Counted from the first letter of the stretch, positions 11,547 to 28,098 are shown. The stretch: DNA of 37,866 bases from Macrostomum lignano (GCA_002269645.1 NIVC01004693.1:1-37866), one strand, 5' to 3'. Program-made: numbers and translations. Notes: generated by a model from the letters alone, not told the origin.

Positions 11547-11972
11547 AAAATCCCTCCTAGGGAAATCCCAAGTAGGGAAATCCCACCTAGGGAAATCCCA
11601 AGTAGGGAAATCCCACCTAGGGAAATCCAAAGTAGGGAAATCCCACCTAGGGAAATCCAAAGTAGGGAAACCCACCTAGGGAAATCCCACCTAGGGAAAT
11701 CCAAAGTAGGGAAACCCACCTAGGGAAATCCCTAAGTAGGAAATCCCACATAGGGAAATCCCAAGTAGGGAAACCCAAGTAGGGAAACCCCACCTAGGGA
11801 AATCCCAAGTAGGGAAATTCCACTTAGGAAATTCCACTTAGGGAAATCCCACGTAGGGAAATCCCACCTAAGGAAATCCCAAGTAGGGAAATCCAAAGCA
11901 GGGAAATTACACTTAGGGAAATCCCAAGTAGGGAAATCCAAAGCAGGGAAATTACACTTAGGGAAATCCCAA
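11547..11972. repeat. 15-bp minisatellite (TAGGGAAATCCCAAG / TAGGGAAATCCCACC), about 27 copies
   Basis: Read directly; lies about 170 bp beyond the PAK stop codon. Confidence 0.93.
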
Positions 11973-12139
11973 TTATGGAACCCAAATTCAGGGAATCACA
12001 AGGTTAAGCTCCAGTTAAGTGAAATAATATTCAGAGGAATCCCAATTGAGGAGAGCCTAACCTAGAAAGTCCCAGCTCAGAAGCATTCTCAGGCCTTGAA
12101 AAGCGATAGGATCATTTTTAAGCCAGATTTGGGCCGCCA

Positions 12140-16913
<4,774 letters not shown>

Positions 16914-17085
16914 TGCTTTCGGTATGGCTCCCTTGATCTTCTAAAAGCTTCGATGCTTTGCTTTCTTTGCCAAGACTGTTTAGTTTATCATGAAGTGTCA
17001 TTGAAATGGCACTTTGGTTAACTGGAAGCCCCACTGGGATCTCATTCTGATTGTTCAGTCTCTAGTCCCATCTCGATTCTCGTGC

Positions 17086-17345
17086 TGATTAATGAGTCTC
17101 AAATGACATCTCATCCTGATTAATGAGTCTCAAATGACATCTCATCCTGATTAATGAGTCTCAAATGACATCTCATCCTGATTAATGAGTCTCAAATGAC
17201 ATCTCATCCTGATCAATAAGTCTCAAATGACATCTCATCCTGATTAATGAGTCTCAAATGACATCTCATCCTGATTAATGAGTCTCAAATGACATCTCAT
17301 CCTGATTAATGAGTCTCAAATGACATCTCATCCTGATTAGTGAGT
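17086..17345. repeat. 31-bp minisatellite TGATTAATGAGTCTCAAATGACATCTCATCC, about 8 copies
   Basis: Read directly. Confidence 0.95.
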
Positions 17346-20300
17346 ATGCAGTGAAATTTTATACCAATTAATGAGTCTGTAGCTTGATATAGCATCCTAA
17401 TGAATAAGTCTCAAATGACAGATAGATATTATCTTTATGCCAAGACATGATTCAATTTATATACAATGTAGTCTTGCCTAAATACTTATATAACCCAGTA
17501 TGCCATTGTCTTTAAAAGTTGGCATTATATAACCTGATAATTAAGTCAATCAAAATTCAGAAGTGCTGCTTGAAGGCGACCCGGATCTGCCCAATATCGG
17601 CATGGAGATTGAAGTCTGAAAAGGTATTTACCTATGAATTTTCTGTTGCGCCAAGTTGCTAACTTTTGAAGCGCATTACTAGTTAGAAGTTAATTTTGCG
17701 AATGCATTCTAATTTTAATTTTGCTATAAGCTTTCTCTGCACCTGCTCTGTGCTAAAAGCCAATCTTGATTTTCCGTTTGAGTTTCTTTTTTCCTTATGC
17801 TTTCCGGATAAAAGCAGGCATCAAATTTTAATTTCAATGTACTTTTCCTTATGCTTCAGGGATAAAAGCAGTTGTCAATTTTCATTTTGCCATTTCCTTA
17901 TGCTTTCTGGTTAAAGCAGTGTATATTTGTACAGTTTTCATGCTCATATATAATGTTGCTATTTATCCAACGCGGTTCATTAATCAGCACCCTTGCATTG
18001 TTTATATATTTATGCTTTGCAGTAAAAGCATGCACTAATGTGACAATATTTAATCAATGCAACCATATTTATTAAATGCGATATGGTAAAACCATTATCT
18101 TACATTTTCATATGATTTTGTGCATCCCCTTCTCTGTAAACTTCTTAGCATGCAATCAAAGTGTAGAAGTATCCCATTTTCCTTATGCTTCTGGGAGAAA
18201 AGCAATCACTCTTGTAAACCTTCCAGTTTGATTAAAACTGAAGGTCCCTCCCTCTTTCTGCTATTTTATGAGCCCGCCATTTATGGGCCAATCTGTCTGT
18301 GCCCTATTTAGGTCAAGCGCCTTGGATCCAGACCTTGTCCTCAGCGGAGGGCATTTGAGATGACTTGACCCCTGCTCTTTGTTGAATTTTGCTCAAGCCT
18401 AGGAATGTTTTATGGGCAGCCAATTTAGGCTCCCTTTCCCAGTGCCATTTTGTGTGCCCTTGCTCCTGTAACTCCTTATGGAGCCCCAGTCGCTAAACTG
18501 TTCATTCAATATTATCTTAGTATGAAAGAGCTAGCCAATTGCTTCCACATTTTCTATCTATTTCAAGTTACTGTTTACGCGCTATTCAGCTATTCTAACT
18601 GCCAACCCATCTTATGTGAGCCGCTCAGGCACCCCATTCATTTCATTTGATTTTGGACCCCCTTGCTGCATGGTTATCTGTTTTATTGCTTTTTTGTTTC
18701 ATTTATCCACCATATCCCTGTGCGTACCCACCTTAGAGTGCATACAAGTGGTGGCTAGTTCCTTTGGTTGGACCCCTCCCCTTTGTCCATCCAGTGGACA
18801 ACCTTTGGAGTATTTAAACCGCGACTTGGCTTGGACTGATTTTTCTCATTGTAATTATTACTTGCGCTCCCATTGTTATCAATTACTATATTCTGCCAGC
18901 CAATTTTGTACAATTTCATATTGTTCCTATACATATCTTATATTTTTGCTTACCATATTTATTCCCCTTTTGCTTCCTCGAATATCATCTGTCTCTATCA
19001 TGTACGACGACCCAATGTGGGGAGGCAAAGCTCCACCTAGACAGCAACCGCTACTCAAGCTACTTGAGGAAGATGGAGTTCCAATGGGGCCAAATCCAAG
19101 CCCAGACCCATGGCCAGACCCCTTGCTTGACCGGGTTCGTGCTGTGCTGTCACCCCATGCATAACGAGCTCGATGATATTGTGCGGCTCTTGGAGCTAGA
19201 CTACTTGATGCCACCTTTGCCACTGGCTGACTGGCATGACGACACCAGCCAGAGATGGCCAGATGCCTAGCTCAACAACTCAGAGGCCCTGGCCGCAGCC
19301 GCCTTAGAGCCCACGCAACAATTGGTAGAGTTACTATACTAGGAGATAGCGAGCGGCCTAGGATCTAAAGCTGCAAACAACTGTCAAAACTGGAGCAGCC
19401 TTGCCTGGCAGTTCCCGGCTCATGACATCATGCAGGCCCTAAAATCCACAGCCACACTCATTGGTAAGAGGCTGCAAAACTACACTCACGGCCAGCAGAT
19501 TAGACCCTGCTGTAGTGTAATCTGCAAATATTTGAGCACCCAACTCACAGGGGAGGCATTACCCCCCAAATTGAATACTTTTGCAAAAATGCCTGAATTG
19601 CCAGCTTGGCCAGTGACCAACCCCGGATTTCAAGAACCACCAACCCCAAGAACCTGGCCCGGGGCAACAAGGTGGCCGAGCAGCCAGCCACGGACACCAA
19701 GGACAAGGAGGCAGCGGCTGCTGCTAAAAGTTTTTCAACTGCCGGCTACCCCACGCATGTGGCAATTGGGTGCCACTAGTTTAGTTTTGAATTTTAAATA
19801 ACCATTCATTTTAATAACCCTTTTACACTGCTACAAACATTAACTTTCTTGTCCACTTGCTGATTATTTTTTGTCATTTTTCTGTCAATTGGAGGTCTAG
19901 CAAATGTTTTTTTGTTATCCCATTCTATGGAAAAGCAGTTTCCCCCCCCCCCGCTAGAATTTTGTTCAAAATTTTGTTTTATTTTTCATTTTTGCATGTT
20001 AGTAAGCCGTTCTATCCGTAGTATCCACACCCGGGACTTTTGGTCCGTTGGTGTGACCAGCAACTGCCCCACTCGTTGACTGCGACCTCCCTTATTAATA
20101 CTTATATAGCCTATGATGTGCCGCCTAATGTTAGTTTTTTTCTTTTCCTGTGGTTTCTGTTTTCCTGTTTTTTGTTTTGTTCCCTTGTTTTGTTCTGCGT
20201 ATTGCCAGTTTAGTTCAACTTTACTTTTAACTAGCCTTTCCGCACTGGCGCCCGCAAATATCATCTTTGTTTTAAACATAATCTGTAGCAATAAGTTTAT

Positions 20301-21489
20301 TTAGTAAAAGCATTATTAATTTTTTTTAATAAGCCTGCTGATTCACTAATAAACAATACCTAATAAACTTCTATAGGACATAAAATAACCAAAGATCTCA
20401 TCTCAAAGAAAACTCTGAGACTTATTCGTTCTATAATACATAATTTATGGTTGTAGCAGCAACTACCCTACTGAAAGTAACAAGCTTAGCAAATTGACAC
20501 AGTAGCCTAATTCACAGTGTCAGGATTTCCGGTGCTCATCATCTACTGAACAACCATGCTGCTTTTACAACCACTCCATTACAATTACGACTACTCTCCC
20601 CCTAGACTTGAAAACCCAGCTGTCGGAGTAAAACAGAAGATTTGTTAATTCAGTAATTTGTTGTGATTTGTCTGTGCAATTTTCTGGATTTATTTGTGCA
20701 AATGCAATACCAACTGGCTTTCAAAGAAAACCCAAGAACCAAATTTCAAATCAAATACCAATACCAATTTTTTTTTTACTCCACCCCCACTTTATATAGG
20801 CCTACATTGACTAAAAATATCATTGACATTGTTTTAAAGGCAATCCTACACTTCCGTTCGGTAAATTATTTTAACATTTGAATTCGTACCACCGAGTCAA
20901 ATGACGTTGACATACATGCGCAACTTCTGAAATTACGCTGGCCGTGCGACTTAGTTTTTGATAAAAAATGCGACTTACCTATGAAAGAGCCAAGCAAAAA
21001 CTTTAGGTAAACGGCAGGAGTAACTATGACCATATTCTTAAAGCTAAATGCCTCGCCAGCTAATTAGTGCTGCGTGCAGATTCCGCGTTTTTATAACAGC
21101 TAATCAGTATGTCATCTAGTGGCGGCATGAAGCAATTAGTAAATTGTCAGTACAGTGTAGTGAGCATACTAAAAAGTCATGATTCATGAATGTCCAGAAG
21201 TAAGTGAAGTGAATACAGTGTGACCTATAGCTCAAGAACGATTTGCTAGACGATTTGGCATGGAAGATGAGAGCCCTGATTCAGATGGCTCATCAGATGC
21301 AGAATACGAATCCAGTAGAGATACAAGCTGTGAAAACCCACAGATTTTTAAACCACTGAATTCTAATTCCCGGAACTATTTTTGCATAGATTCTAAATTT
21401 GAAGTCATGCTCAAACAAAAACTTGTTAGCAATTAGGAAAAAGGCAAAGATGGGAGTAATGCATGTTAAACTAAGATTTGAGGCCTTTG

Positions 21490-22165
21490 CAAATTCTCTC
21501 CATTCCTCAATCTTCTCATCCTCTTTTTCTTTTCTCTCTCATCCATTATCCCTTCTCTCTTTCCTCTCCTCTCTCCTCTCTTTCCTCTCCTCTCCTATCT
21601 CTTCTGTCTCCTCTCTACATTCTTATCTCTCCTCTCGTCTCTCTTCATTCCACTCTACTCTCTCATCTTATCTTCCCTTTCGTCTCTCTCCACTCTACTC
21701 TCTCATCTTATCTCTCCTCTCTTTTCTACTCTATCATCTCTCCTCTCTTCACTCTCCTCTCATTTCCTCTTTATCCTCTCTTCTCTCATCTACTCTCTCC
21801 TCTTTCCTCTTTCCTCTCTTCTGATCTCATCCATCATCTTTTCTTTCCTCTTTCCTCTAATCTCCTCTTCTCTCATCTCTTTTTCCTCCCTCAGCTTTTC
21901 TCTCCTCTTCTATCTTTTCTCCCATCGCATCGCTCACCTCTCCTCTGTTTGCTTATCTCTAATCTTCTATTCCCTCTACTTTGAAGTAAGAAAATATGCA
22001 CATATTTTTACTGAAGATAAGAGGAGAGAAGAGGGCATTGAGGAGAAAGGGTAGAGAGAAAGGGGGAGAAGAGAGGAGAGTAAAAATGAGAGGAGAGAGA
22101 AGAGGGAAAAGGGGGAGAGAGAGAAGAGGGGAGGCAAGGTAGAGAAGAAGAGAGAGATGAGAGTT
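21490..22165. repeat. CT-rich polypyrimidine tract (~21490-21980) followed by a GA-rich polypurine tract (~22015-22165)
   Basis: Read directly. It gives the spurious S/L-rich ORFs. Confidence 0.9.
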
Positions 22166-22214
22166 GAAGAGACACCAACCTTGCTAGTTAAGAAGTTTCA
22201 AAGAACCCGAGGGG

Positions 22215-22262
22215 CGAGGGCCAGATAGAGGGGCTTCGCGAGCCGGAGTTTGCCAACCCCTG
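22215..22262 (-). mobile_element. Solitary hAT (Charlie-like) transposon end
   Basis: The reverse complement reads CAGGGGTTGGCAAACTCCGGCTCGCG, which resembles hAT-Charlie termini (CAGGGGTCGGCAAAC..CGGCCCGCG). No partner end was found. Confidence 0.5.
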
Positions 22263-22419
22263 CTCCAGAGTTTAAGAAATCAATGGGAAACTGTTGACGC
22301 GGGCTTCTGATTTCAAAGATCTTGTCTATGGTTGAAGGCTTCTATTCTGTTTTTGCTCTCCTGCCACACTTGCACCTACTACCCCCTGATTGCCTCTGAT
22401 TGTGACTTACTTCCTTCTT

Positions 22420-22720
22420 ATTGCGACTTAGTTGCTTCTTTTTGCCACTTACCTAATCCTTTTTGCGACTTACCTAATCCTTTTTGCGACTTACTTAATC
22501 CTTTTTGCGACTTACTTAATCCTTTTTGCAACTTACCTAATCCTTTTTGCGACTTACCAGTACCTAATCCTTTGCGACTTACCTAATCCTTTTTGCGACT
22601 TACTTAATCTTTTTTGCAACTTACCTAATCCTTTTTGCGACTTACTTAATCCTTTTTGCGACTTACCTGATTATTTTTACAACTTAGTTTGCTTCTTTTG
22701 CGAATTGTTTTTCTTTTGCT
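22420..22720. repeat. 21-bp minisatellite GCGACTTACCTAATCCTTTTT, about 12 copies
   Basis: Read directly. It gives the LFATYLI/CDLPNPF ORFs. Confidence 0.93.
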
Positions 22721-24683
22721 TCACCATTTTCCCTGAACTGCTCTTTCTTTTGCTTTCCTCTTGCCTTTCTTGGTTCTTGTGTTTTTCTGTTTTTGGTTGA
22801 CTCAATTTTGCGACTTACCCCTGGTCAGCCACGATTTACGGTGGCCGGATCGGCCAGGTCGGCCAGCAGTTGCGCATGTATGGACGTTGATTGGCATTGT
22901 GTCTATGGCCAAAAGTTTGAGCGAACAGAGTTTAAGGGGGTGTCAGTTTAAGGGAGCTGTTGCTTATGGGCTGCTTGTTTTTTTAGCTTCAATTTGGCGT
23001 TGTCTGTATCCCCAATGTCCATTTGGGGCTATCCTATACTGGATTGGACATTACTATCTATTGTAGACACTTTAATGACCTGCAGACACACTCTAAGTGA
23101 CTATGCGCTCTAACAGACTGCTACCATGTTCCACTGTTTCAGTTTTGTTTGGTTACATTGTTATTTAACACGCCTGTTTAAAATTCAGTGTCAAAATAAT
23201 TTACCGAACAGAAGTGTAGGATTGCCATTTTAAAAATATTAGGAAAATTTTTCTAATATATACTGATTAATATAGTAAACTAAAAAAATAGGCTGCAATA
23301 CCAATTAAATCATTTTAAATTTAAATTTACAATTATTGAATTATAATGAAAAACTTATTTGGCTTTTGACAAATCTGCCCTTAGTTAATCTCTCATTATC
23401 TCCATTGTCAAATTGATTAGCACCCCAAAAAATGCTAGGCCTAAGCCATAAGCCTATAAGCTACTCTAGTGACTAGTGTAGTGGTCAATGAAGACTTAAA
23501 TTTTAAAAGAATAGTTTGATTTTTGCATTCTTTTTAAAACTAAATATAACAAACTATAAAATAAAGCCAAAGGTAAATAAACTGCACCTTATTATTATAA
23601 TCATGTTTATAATTATAATTTAACTTTTTATAAAAACTCATTACTCGTATAGCCTAATAAATATCAAAACCTTGAAGCTTCTAGAATTCGAGGCTCATTT
23701 GGCATTCATTTTAAGCAATAATTTCATATTTCGCGCATGAATTATTTACATTTTATCTAAATAAACCTCATCATTTAAATAGAAAAATCATTTATTTCTT
23801 AGAGCCTAGCCTTCGAATGATCCTGGATCTTTAGAATCTTTAGAAGAATCTTGAGAATCTTTAAAGTAGAATCTAGATCTATATTTCCAAGAAAGGAAGC
23901 AACGGCCTAGCTCAATGATCAAATATGCGTAGGCCCTAAAATCTAAATTTTGGCTTCTAGATATGCATGTGTTGTATGTTTTTGGTTTTGTATAATTTTG
24001 AATATTTTCGCATCAGGTGCCTTGAATAAATACAATATTACTTCCTTTTGTTATGAACAATCTACTCGTATATACAACTTCCGGCAGTCTACACAGTTGA
24101 CATTTGTTTGGAATTACATGTATGAAAACAAAATTCTGTAAAGATTTTTTTTCTAGGCTTAAATTGCATTGATCCTTGTATTAGTATCTGTATTAGAGCA
24201 TGGGGCTACATGGAGGTGGGCTATCATGAAAATATCAAGGACCACTGTATTATATAACAGTGGTCCTTGGAAAATATTCAAAACCTGTGAATTTGTACAA
24301 TTGCATTCAAGTGAATGTACTTTCAAATCACGGTCATACGTCCTTCACTGTTGTTGTTGATCTGGAAAATGCAACAAAGATTAATCCTTAGTCTGAAAAT
24401 AAACTAAAGGATATAATGCGACTTTCTCACAGCTTTAATAATATATTATGTACGAGCGTTACGTAGTATATATAAACCATGTACATGCATTGTTAGCTGC
24501 TTCAGAGCTTCATGCCAAATACGTATGCCTGCGTATACATACGCATTACTGCAATCGTTACTCTCTGAGTAAGGTGTGTTAGTCATAGACGCACCGGGGT
24601 GCCGCTGTCTTAAGTCTCATGCGTCCTGCTGCTGTCTAATTAAGTCTCCGCCGCCATTTCTCACATTTTGCTCACCCGTCGCC

Positions 24684-25385
24684 ATGAGTGCCAACCCGAA
24701 GCGACTCAACGTGCGCCAACTCAAGATTGAGCTGCTGCGAAACAGATCGAGGTCTGCCTACTACGGGCCGCAGCACTCGGCCTAGAGAGCAAGCTGACGA
24801 AGAATCTCCGAGATGATTTCTGCTCCGGACGCCGAGGACGGCATCGGCAGCGCGGGCGAGGCGCCCAGGTTCAAATCCTGGAAGGCTGTCATCGCGGGAT
24901 CTTCAGCAAAAGCAATTCACACTCAGCAGCACTTGACGGCTCAGCCTCGGCCATCATCGGGTGAGCAAAACACCTACACATGCCGGTCTGCTGCAGTTTC
25001 CCCGAGGTTCTTGAATCTGGGATGAGGGAGGCCGCTAATAGTTGCCAGGCTCGCCAGGCTCGACTCGCAAGTTGCATCTGATCTGCAGAGACCACATAAA
25101 TTCCCCCCTCAGCTGTACAACGTCACCCGTCAACGCACCCAGAAACATGCGGTTCACGTTCGCTAAGCAGCCCAGCAGAAAATCCCAGCGGCAACCAGGC
25201 CGATGTGTCTGCGCTTCAACTCCGAGTCGGGGTGCACCCGCCAGAACTGCAAGTTCCGCCACGTCTGCGAAATCCAAGGCTGCCTGGCGATATCGCATTC
25301 GGCCCATGCTCACACGCAGGCGCTGCACCCATCACTCACCGGACAGCTGTCGGGTCACGTGACCGGTGCGAGTGCAAACAACTGA
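24684..25385 (+). pseudogene. gag-like ORF relic of the YR retrotransposon (SAP-like N-terminus, C-terminal Cys/His finger)
   Basis: MSANPKRLNVRQLKIELL, then RGLPTTGR in a shifted frame, forms a SAP-like pattern. The end reads CLRFNSESGCTRQNCKFRHVCEIQGCLAISH, the Cys/His finger typical of DIRS/Ngaro gag. Confidence 0.65.
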
Positions 25386-25533
25386 TGCCATTTTACCCAG
25401 CTGATTGCCTGATTTTAATACCGAATTTTCTGCTATTGCTTCTTTGCTGCTCATCTCGTCTGACCTGCATCCTGACGCCTGGAGTGTTCTGCTCAACGAC
25501 GACACACAGACCATGACTTTCTGATGCTGGGCG

Positions 25534-26765
25534 TTGTCTCACAAATTCTGGCCAACCGCCTTTGACTTCGTCCAAGAACCACGCCTCCGCCCTGCTGCAC
25601 CGCTCTGTATGCTGTGGCGCCGTTCCAAGTCCGACGGGCGGGTCCGCCTGATCCATGACCTGTCCTATCCGACCAGCCAGTCTGTCAACGACTGCTACGA
25701 CCAACAGAAGCACATCAAGTACTGCACCGTCCAGCAGCTGGTTCGTCATCTCCTTACGGGACACTACATGGCTAAAATTGATCTCAAAAGCGCCTACCGG
25801 TCCGTGCCAATCAGGCTTGCTAACTACGGGCTCGTAGGCCTCGCCTGGCGGTTTGACTCGGACAGCCAGGACAGTCTGCTCTGCGACACCAGGCTTCCCT
25901 TCGGCGCCAAAGCAGCTTGCAAAGTTTTCCACCGTCTTTCAGCCACTGCTACCAGGCACATGTGCACCGGCTTGGCTTTTCTGCTACGGGGAACTACCTG
26001 GATGACTGGGCAGGGGCTGGGAAATCCGAGTCCGAGGCTTTCGCTGCTTTCAATTGCCTGCTGGATATCTTGCAGCGCCTCGGCTTTACTATCAACTAGG
26101 ACATGGTTTGCCGCTACCGGCACCAAGTCGCTGCCCGAGAAGAAGGCTCTCGAGGCGACGAAGCTGCTGACTCAGACCTGCTCGGAGACTCGGGGACTCG
26201 GAGACTCGCGTTCTGCTTAGAAGTTGATTGGCAAGCTTAGCTGGTTCTGTCAGATTGTCCCTCATGTCAGAGTCTTCCTGCGTCCTCTCTTCGCCTGCCT
26301 GACAACTGTTGTTGATGGCAAGCTTTGGGTGACCAATGAGACACGCGCCAACCTGTCCTGGTGGCTTAGAGCCTGGCTTGGCTCCCCCCCCCCCAGTTGC
26401 TTTGTGGCCGCGCTTTGACGAGGAGTTTGCCATGGAGACTGACAGGGGTGCCGAGAGTTTCTGGAGTGTCATCGACTGGGAGCTGGACTGCGGTGGTGTT
26501 TTCAGGGATGTTCATATCAACTTCAAGGAGGCTCTGGCACCTTTGCTGATAATCCTGCACCGTCGCTCTCAGCTGAACAACTGCAAAATTGTCACCTACA
26601 CCAACAGCACCGCAGCGGCTGGCATGATCAATCGGCTGAGCCGTCGTGACCCGCGGCTCCTGCAGGTGTACCAGATTGTGGCTCTGCTGTGCATCAGGAA
26701 CAGCATCAGTTTGGAGGCCTTTCACCTGCCTGGTCGCATTCAGATTTTTGCTGATTTGCGGTCCT
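25534..26765 (+). pseudogene. RT and RNase H relic of the YR retrotransposon
   Basis: RT motifs RVRLIHDLSYP..SVND, MAKIDLKSAYRSVP, DTRLPFGA and, after a frameshift, GNYLDDW. RNase H motifs IGKLSWFCQIV..RVFLRPL, NLSWW, HINFKEAL, NSTAAAGMINR and FHLPGR..FAD. Confidence 0.9.
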
Positions 26766-26769
26766 TCTC

Positions 26770-27130
26770 CAGCCTCCGAGCCTACGTCCACGTCGTCTCG
26801 TTTCAGTACCAAGCCACCGGCTTTATCTGGCTGCTGGAAGTTGGCCCTCCCAAAGTCCAAGGCCAACCAGTTCCGGTCGACGCCGCATGTTGTTCTTCTG
26901 CCACCTGTCCAAGAGTCACCGTTCTGCCCTGTGCGCGCCCTGCGGTCTCACCTGCCACGAGCCATCGACTAAGGACGCGGCTCTTTGGCTACGGCCTTCC
27001 AGCTGCGGGTTTCTCCGGCCACAGCATCCGGCGAGGGGGTGCCAGCTTCTGCCATCAAATCGGCTTGTCAGAATCGGACATTCGGGCCCTTGGAGGCTGA
27101 AGATCGGACGCTGTCGCACCGCCAGAGCTC
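26770..27130 (+). pseudogene. Tyrosine recombinase C-terminal relic (N-terminal half missing)
   Basis: LALPKSKANQFR...FCPVRALRSHL, then in another frame FSGHSIRRGGASF...DIRALGG*RSDA, with TGA where Trp is expected. Confidence 0.88.
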
Positions 27131-27599
27131 CACTTCTTTTATGGCTTTGCAGCTGAACGCTGCATCCACCTAACTCTTGCTTTCCCTGCTTTTACTCCTT
27201 TCCCCCCCCCTTCGCTGAGGTTTGGATCCACTTTCTCGGCCGCTGACAACCTACGCTGCATGTAAAAACTTAGCCGCGACTGTAAAACAAAGATGCGTAG
27301 CAAAAAAAAATTACATAGAAGAGAAAACGGGATTATAAAAAGCAAAAACAATTTTTGTGTCTTTTATTTTCTCCTTTGTTATTCCATATAAGGCAGCACT
27401 GCAGTCGTGCAAGAAGCTACCAAACACAAAGTCTGGATGAATAATTTCCAAAAAATATTGAACAAGCAGTTAGTTGTCTCAGAGAAAAACAAAACTTCTG
27501 ACCCTTTTTACGGGTCGGGCGGCTTTCACGCAAAGGGATTTGTAAATGTCAGTTGGTGACTCGTCAATGCCATCCAACACGATCGTTCCGAGCATTTAA

Positions 27600-28098
27600 T
27601 TATTCCCTTTGCATTTTCATCGCCTGGTAGTTGGGGTCGAAGTACTTCGTCTCCCTGGCATCCTGCACTAGAGAGCACGGCAGGCAGAAAATAAATGACA
27701 GACAGTCTTTGCAAATGTTGCCCGGAATGTTTTGCTGCTCGCGAATTTTGGTGCGAATGAAGACAGCGAGGCAGATTGGGAGGAAAAGAAACCCGATGCC
27801 GCACAATGGGCAGCTTTGGTTCACCGCTTTGGCATTTTGTCCGTGAGTGTAGCACGGTAGAAACCAGGTGATAATGCATGTGCCTGGAATGCATTTGTGA
27901 ACAGGTGGTATAAACCACGCTACAGCTTAGTGACCACCCAGAGAAGGTCAAGCGGAGTAAGTGATCTTAATATACTAGTATAGAGAAACTGCACTTGCCG
28001 AATTCTTCGAAGCAATTAAATAGGCCGTGATGATACTCGCCCTCTGGACGAAGTGGCATTGGCTGTATTGGCTGCGTTGGCTGCGTTGGCTGCTGCAT
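27600..28098 (-). CDS. PLAC8/cornifelin-family Cys-rich protein, 127 aa; exons 28098-27999 and 27883-27600 joined by a GC-AG intron
   Basis: The spliced product reads MQQPTQPTQPIQPMPLRPEGEYHHGLFNCFEEF-G-TCIITWFLPCYTHGQNAKAVNQSCPLCGIGFLFLPICLAVFIRTKIREQQNIPGNICKDCLSFIFCLPCSLVQDARE..., which matches the PLAC8 pattern (HGLF.CF.D.G.C...F.PC...G.NA; R..IR....I.G..C.DC....C.PC.L.Q..RE). Confidence 0.88.

Larger units (their letters stand above)
20838..23229. mobile_element. Putative non-autonomous DNA transposon bounded by ~47-bp inverted repeats with TTAA outside each end (Kolobok-like)
   Basis: 20838-20884 AGGCAATCCTACACTTCCGTTCGGTAAATTATTTTAACATTTGAATT is nearly the reverse complement of 23182-23229. 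TTAA lies at 20834-20837 and 23230-23233. No transposase is seen inside. Confidence 0.55.
24480..27300 (+). mobile_element. Decayed tyrosine-recombinase retrotransposon (DIRS order, Ngaro-like): gag - RT - RNase H - YR
   Basis: The domain order and motifs are listed in the sub-features. There are many frameshifts and stops. Terminal repeats were not identified, so the boundaries are approximate. Confidence 0.88.
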
